Source: the human T2T-CHM13v2.0 reference genome, Homo sapiens | Reading direction: 5' to 3' (one strand) | DNA: 64,000 nucleotides | Assembly (NCBI RefSeq): GCF_009914755.1 | Contig: NC_060934.1 | Shown: piece by piece, positions 53,481-64,000 of the stretch | Layout of the letters: each line of letters opens with the position of its first letter | Numbering within the stretch: the first letter of the stretch is position 1 | Program-made: the position numbers and the translations under genes | The notes under the pieces: generated by a model | The model's input: only the letters and a program-made list of their open reading frames with translations | Database searches by the model: none | Told to the model about the DNA's origin: nothing

Positions 53481-56078
53481 GGGGATGGAGTTTTAGACAC
53501 CAGAGGCTTCCTTCCGAGGTTGACCTAGAAAGCACCCTTGGTGGGTGCCATGGGATGGGGGAATACAGTCAAAAGGAACCTGCTCTTCCCGCTGCGCCTC
53601 CACCTGAGGTGGATGTGTCTGCTGGGGCTGCTGGAGTCTCCATCTTCCACTTTAACTTCACTTAAGAGCTGAAAGCTCTGCCCCTTCTTCAAGATTTTCC
53701 CTGCTGTCTCCCCTTCCCTGCTCAACCAGAGATTCCTCTTATTCTTCCTCTTGCTATTAGTATTAATCTGGCTCACTGACTCTTTTCCTTAACCTCATCC
53801 TAAAACTGTCTGATGCATATTTTATATTTTCTTGCATGTTTGACTTTTAGTTAGTATTTTACAGTAATTTCGTTCTGCAGCCATCCTCTTATCTGATACC
53901 CTGGAACTCATTCCTGTGCCTATCAGTTCTCACCTCTGGTAATTAAACTTTGTAAAAAAGAAATGTGACATTTGGACATATTCTCTTATTAGTAAAGGTA
54001 TTATTGTGTATGAGACTAATGCTGTGCATCTATAATAAGTTGTTTCACCTTGTGAATACTAATGTAATTTGGAAATAAACCTTTCTTTGTTAAAGACTTT
54101 TTCTACATGGGCCACGTTTTTCCAGACCTATTTCCTAATAATTTGTGGTTTTTAAAGGTATGTCAATAGAGATGCTGTAGCCAGCATGGCTGGATTCTGT
54201 TAGATAAACATTTTGTGAGATTGCTTACCTTAAACAATTGTCTTTAAAAGTTAATTTCTTCCCTAATGTGTCAGTAAGGAAATTCTATAGTATTTAAGAA
54301 GCCTGATAAAGTCCAGTTAAAACATTTTGCATTGCTCTTTAAACATCTTTTCTGAGGGTTGATGTGTTCGTGTTTGTTTGGTTCACATAGTTTCTTCTGA
54401 ATTTTAAGAAAGCTTTGTCAGAATCAGTAACTTGCCTATAGTGTATTTTTCATGACCATATGGCTTTCTTCATCAAAAACAGCTAAGTAAAAATTTCAGT
54501 GAATAATAGTATATATATATGGGAATGTATTCCTCATCATTTGTATGCTCTTGAGAGAGTGACTCATGTACTGTTTTCTATTGAGTTCCCGAAAGTTTAT
54601 AAAGAGATGACAAACAATTGGCTATGGGATTGAAATAATGCACATGTAAAATGGAAGGGAAAACATGGAAACAGTTTCTTCCTTTGTTCTTCCCTTACCT
54701 TGATGAAATTTTTACCACTTAACGTTTTTCAGTAAAGTCAAGGTCAGTATCAGAGCCTAGTACGGTTCTGCTTGCCGCTGTCTGAGGATTACCTGTCTTA
54801 TTACAGAATGTACATGCTCCCAGAGGAGAAGATACAGTTTGATTTCAGGATGACAAACAGCTCTTCTGGGACAATAGTGTCAAGTATAAAAGGATTATAA
54901 AGGTTTTAGGACCATGGGATGGTTTGAAGGGGAAAGGGTGAAATGACAGTTAAGGTTGGCATCACCGAGGTCCCAGTTGTTGGCTGCCCCCTACTTCTCC
55001 TGTTCCCCTCTGGCAGTATTTTACAGATGTATTTCCTTTGACCTTTCCTTTAGTAGGAAGTTGTAGGCTTTAAGATCCAGCAGAAAAAAATTATGAGCCA
55101 TTTGTGACCCTCTTGAGCAGTCCTTCAGGTAGAACACATTTCATAAGAGCTAGTGAATGGTCTTGGGTAATTAAAGCTCACTTTATGATTATACAGTGTG
55201 GTGGCCAGCCCAGAGGGAACATCACAAATACACATTATGAATGTATAGAATTGAGACTTTATACCTGGAGACTGTTGGATGACCTGGTCCTCTGCCCCCA
55301 GGCCTACCCTTCTGCCCATCCTCATCCAATTCTGTTTTGATTTTTAAAAAGTATGTGCTTCTTAGCCCTCTCATTGCTTCACTGTGAGGGGAAAAACTTT
55401 TCTATTGAGGTGCTGAAGCTGTGCTTTCCAGGACTCATACTTATGTGCTGTTGAATGAGTCTCAGTGCTCCTAGGAGTCTATAAAAGGAATAGAAGACTT
55501 CTTTTCTCTAACTCCCTTATGGTTTGTATTTTATCTGCTAAGAGACACTGGCATTTCATGGAGATGGGAGAGAAAAAGACACAGCCTACTTAGACAGTTC
55601 CTTTATTCCAACATATATACTCACTTCACATATTCATAGACACCTTCCACCTAGCATCAAATTCTGAACTCATAGAAGACTTAGGTGTTTTTGGTTTTGT
55701 ATGCATAGCTTTTGAAATCCCTGGGTTGAAAATTTTCTAGGTGTTGTTTGTATGCTCTAGTCAAGCCCAGGACATAAAGGGTTATGTTAAAATTACTTTC
55801 CTTAGTGACTATTAACCAGAAATTTTATCTGTCAGGAGAAAGGATTCATGCAACTCTAAGAATGCATTGCCCTCTGCATAGGCTATTAGCTTTGGCAACC
55901 GAAGATAGATGAGACTTAGGCTGTGTTTAAATTTTTCATTGTGATGAGACAAATCTATTATTATAAAAGCCCTACTTTATCAGTGAGAGTGTTTCCTTAT
56001 GTTGTTTTAATTAAAGGAGCAGTGTGTTTTTAAATTTAATTATGGTACCTTGAAGATCTGATACTAGCTGTAAGCTAA

Positions 56079-56900
<822 letters not shown>

Positions 56901-57133
56901 ATTTAGAATCTGAGGAAACTCTCCATTTAGTATAATGCCATCTGAAGCTCTTAACCAGTTGAGGCTGGTTAAATCTGAAGTTGATATTGGATAATATTGC
57001 TATTAGGCCAATGAGAGATTTCTTTAATAAAGATGCAAGTTTATCAAACTTAAATATGCTAGATATGAACTTTGGGAAGGCAAAAATTAATTCCAGAAAT
57101 AATTCCAATATAATTAATTGAACAAATATTTAG

Positions 57134-59518
<2,385 letters not shown>

Positions 59519-59779
59519 AGAGAACTGGCTGGTCCTTCCTGAAATAGTGCCCACAGGCTGGCAGAGCACTGACTGACACCTGCCTCTTTCAGAGGTGGGG
59601 TCAGGATAGCTGTATGGAAATTCTCCAATGTGTGGGTTGTAGGAGTGTATCTCATATCCCTTCAAGCACTGCCAGGCCAGAACCCAGTGGAGTTTGCAAA
59701 GAATGGGTTTCTTGTTAGAAGAAAGTATTACGTACATGTAAGTAATCTTGGGTATAGCTGGGAAGTGATGAATAAATTT

Positions 59780-60775
59780 GACCATTAAAAGATTGTAATG
59801 TCTGTATCACCAAAGACAAAATCACAAATATAATTAAAAAACAAATAACAGACTAGGAGAAAATAGACCATGTGCAATACACAAAGGATAAATACAGAGT
59901 ATATAAAGAAGCTTCTGCATATTAATAAGAAAACACTAGAATAAATGGGCAAAAGATATAAAAAGGCATTGACAGAAAGGGAACAAATGGCCAATAAATA
60001 CAAAGAGATGCTTAACTTCATTAATAATTAGTGAATTACACATTAAAGCAACTAGATATGATTTTATCCCATCAGATTGGCAGAAATTAAAGAGAATAAT
60101 ATTCTTTGGCGGCAATGAGAAAAAATGGGTGTACTTTCATATTCTGAGCATATAAATTGTTCAGACCTTTTTGGAGAAGGTAGTTTGGCTGTATCTTTGA
60201 AAATAAAATCACATACTTTTAATTTGGTAATTTTGTGTCTAGTGAAATACACCTGAACACATGCTCATTCCAGCACTGGAATGGTGAAATATTGGAATGA
60301 TTAAATGTACAGTGGTACAGCCAGCATATAGAATGCGATACCTAAAAAGTGTGTAAGAGTGTGGTATAGATCTTTATGCAGCTGATGTGGGAGGCTCTCT
60401 CAGATACGTTTTTAGTGAGAAAAAATATAAAATTATTACATTTATATTTGTAAACCTCAAAATTTATATGTATTTGTAAATTCTAAAACATGCTTTTCAG
60501 ATTTTTTAACATTTCTGAAATCAGCGTATCTAACAATTGGTGACATAGTTTACTAATTTAAACTCTTGGTGAAGCATAGTGCACATTACAAGTGATAAGA
60601 TCTTAGATTTGATGAAGGATGATATGTAAATACGTGGATAAAGGACTCTAAGACAGACATGGGACGAGATTGAGGAAGTGTCAGTGGAGACTTTGTCTGT
60701 GTCATCTATGTTGTCAAATTTTTTTTACAGTGAAATTATATTCCATTATTGTGTAACGAAAAATTTTAAAAATAC
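59780..60775 (+). mobile_element. L1ME-type ORF2 end and 3' fragments
   Basis: aaatgggcaaaagatataaaaaggca...caaatggccaataaatacaaagagatgcttaacttcatt...cccatcagattggcagaaattaaa. Confidence 0.7.
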
Positions 60776-61464
60776 ATATTTATATTTTTTAGACAAGACA
60801 TAATTTTAGACAAGATAAGGTTGCCTGGATGTCTCTGATGTCTGATCCATTTCTCTACTTGGGTGATTATGCTTGATATTCAGCTTTGAGAACTTTAAGG
60901 CCTGGATGGTTGATAGAGCGTTCAGCTTCATTAAGAAGTTAAGTAGCTGTGAAGATTCAGTGGGAGAGAATTGAGAACTGAGGTCCAAGAGAAGGGAGGA
61001 GCCGAACTCCAGAATTCAGGGCCAGTTGCCTCATGGGGACCTTTGCATCTGTGTAAAGAGGTTGAAATTCTCTCCCCACAAGGTGGTGCCAGGCTTTTTA
61101 TACTGGACTGGGCATACCCTGGAGCAAGGCTCAGTGGATGGGAGGCAGAAAATAGATCAAATCAAGGAGCCTTATCCAATGTCATTGAAAGGAAAATTCA
61201 TTGTTTTGGGAGAGAGCTAAGCCCTAGTGGGAAAGAGCCAAAGGAATAAATGGGCTTTTAAATCTGAGGAATTTACACAAGGCAGGCAGGAGATGACCTG
61301 CCATAGGTTGGAGGCAGGCTCTGCTTGGATCCTGTGTAAACAGGGCATAGTGTGAGTGTCTCCCCATAAGTAAAAGCTGTGTTGTGAAGATGAACTCACA
61401 GTTTAGTAGTGACTTTTTGACCAAAGATGACTCTTCAAGAAGGGATAAGGTGTATGGAGTATAG

Positions 61465-63998
<2,534 letters not shown>

Positions 63999-64000
63999 TA

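Overview
Primate (almost certainly human) genomic DNA from the 5' part of KAT6B (MORF/MYST4), transcribed on the + strand. The window holds the end of intron 1, a 70-nt non-coding exon (10209-10278), and the 879-nt first coding exon (14126-15004). That exon starts at ATG 14384 and has 207 codons, encoding the two N-terminal winged-helix domains. About 49 kb of a very long intron follows, and no further coding exon was recognised. The rest is interspersed repeats: about 70 Alu copies or fragments by hand count (roughly 2:1 antisense to the gene), L1, L2, L3/CR1, MIR, MLT1 LTRs and several DNA-transposon MITEs. Most ORFs in the track are Alu translation artefacts. The most interesting signals are RNA-level. 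(i) Four separate routes (intronic poly(A) read-through, a skipped terminal exon, and two AUG-containing circles) could each give a 215-228 aa winged-helix-only KAT6B with no PHD or HAT domain. (ii) The 5'UTR is dense in upstream ATGs and has a candidate UG/UGCAUG-flanked cassette exon. (iii) There are strong AG|GTRAG recursive-splice or poison-exon motifs. (iv) Several Alu structures record tandem duplication, inverted-repeat conversion and target-site reuse. Repeat boundaries are approximate, and repeat subfamily names were assigned by eye from remembered consensus sequences.
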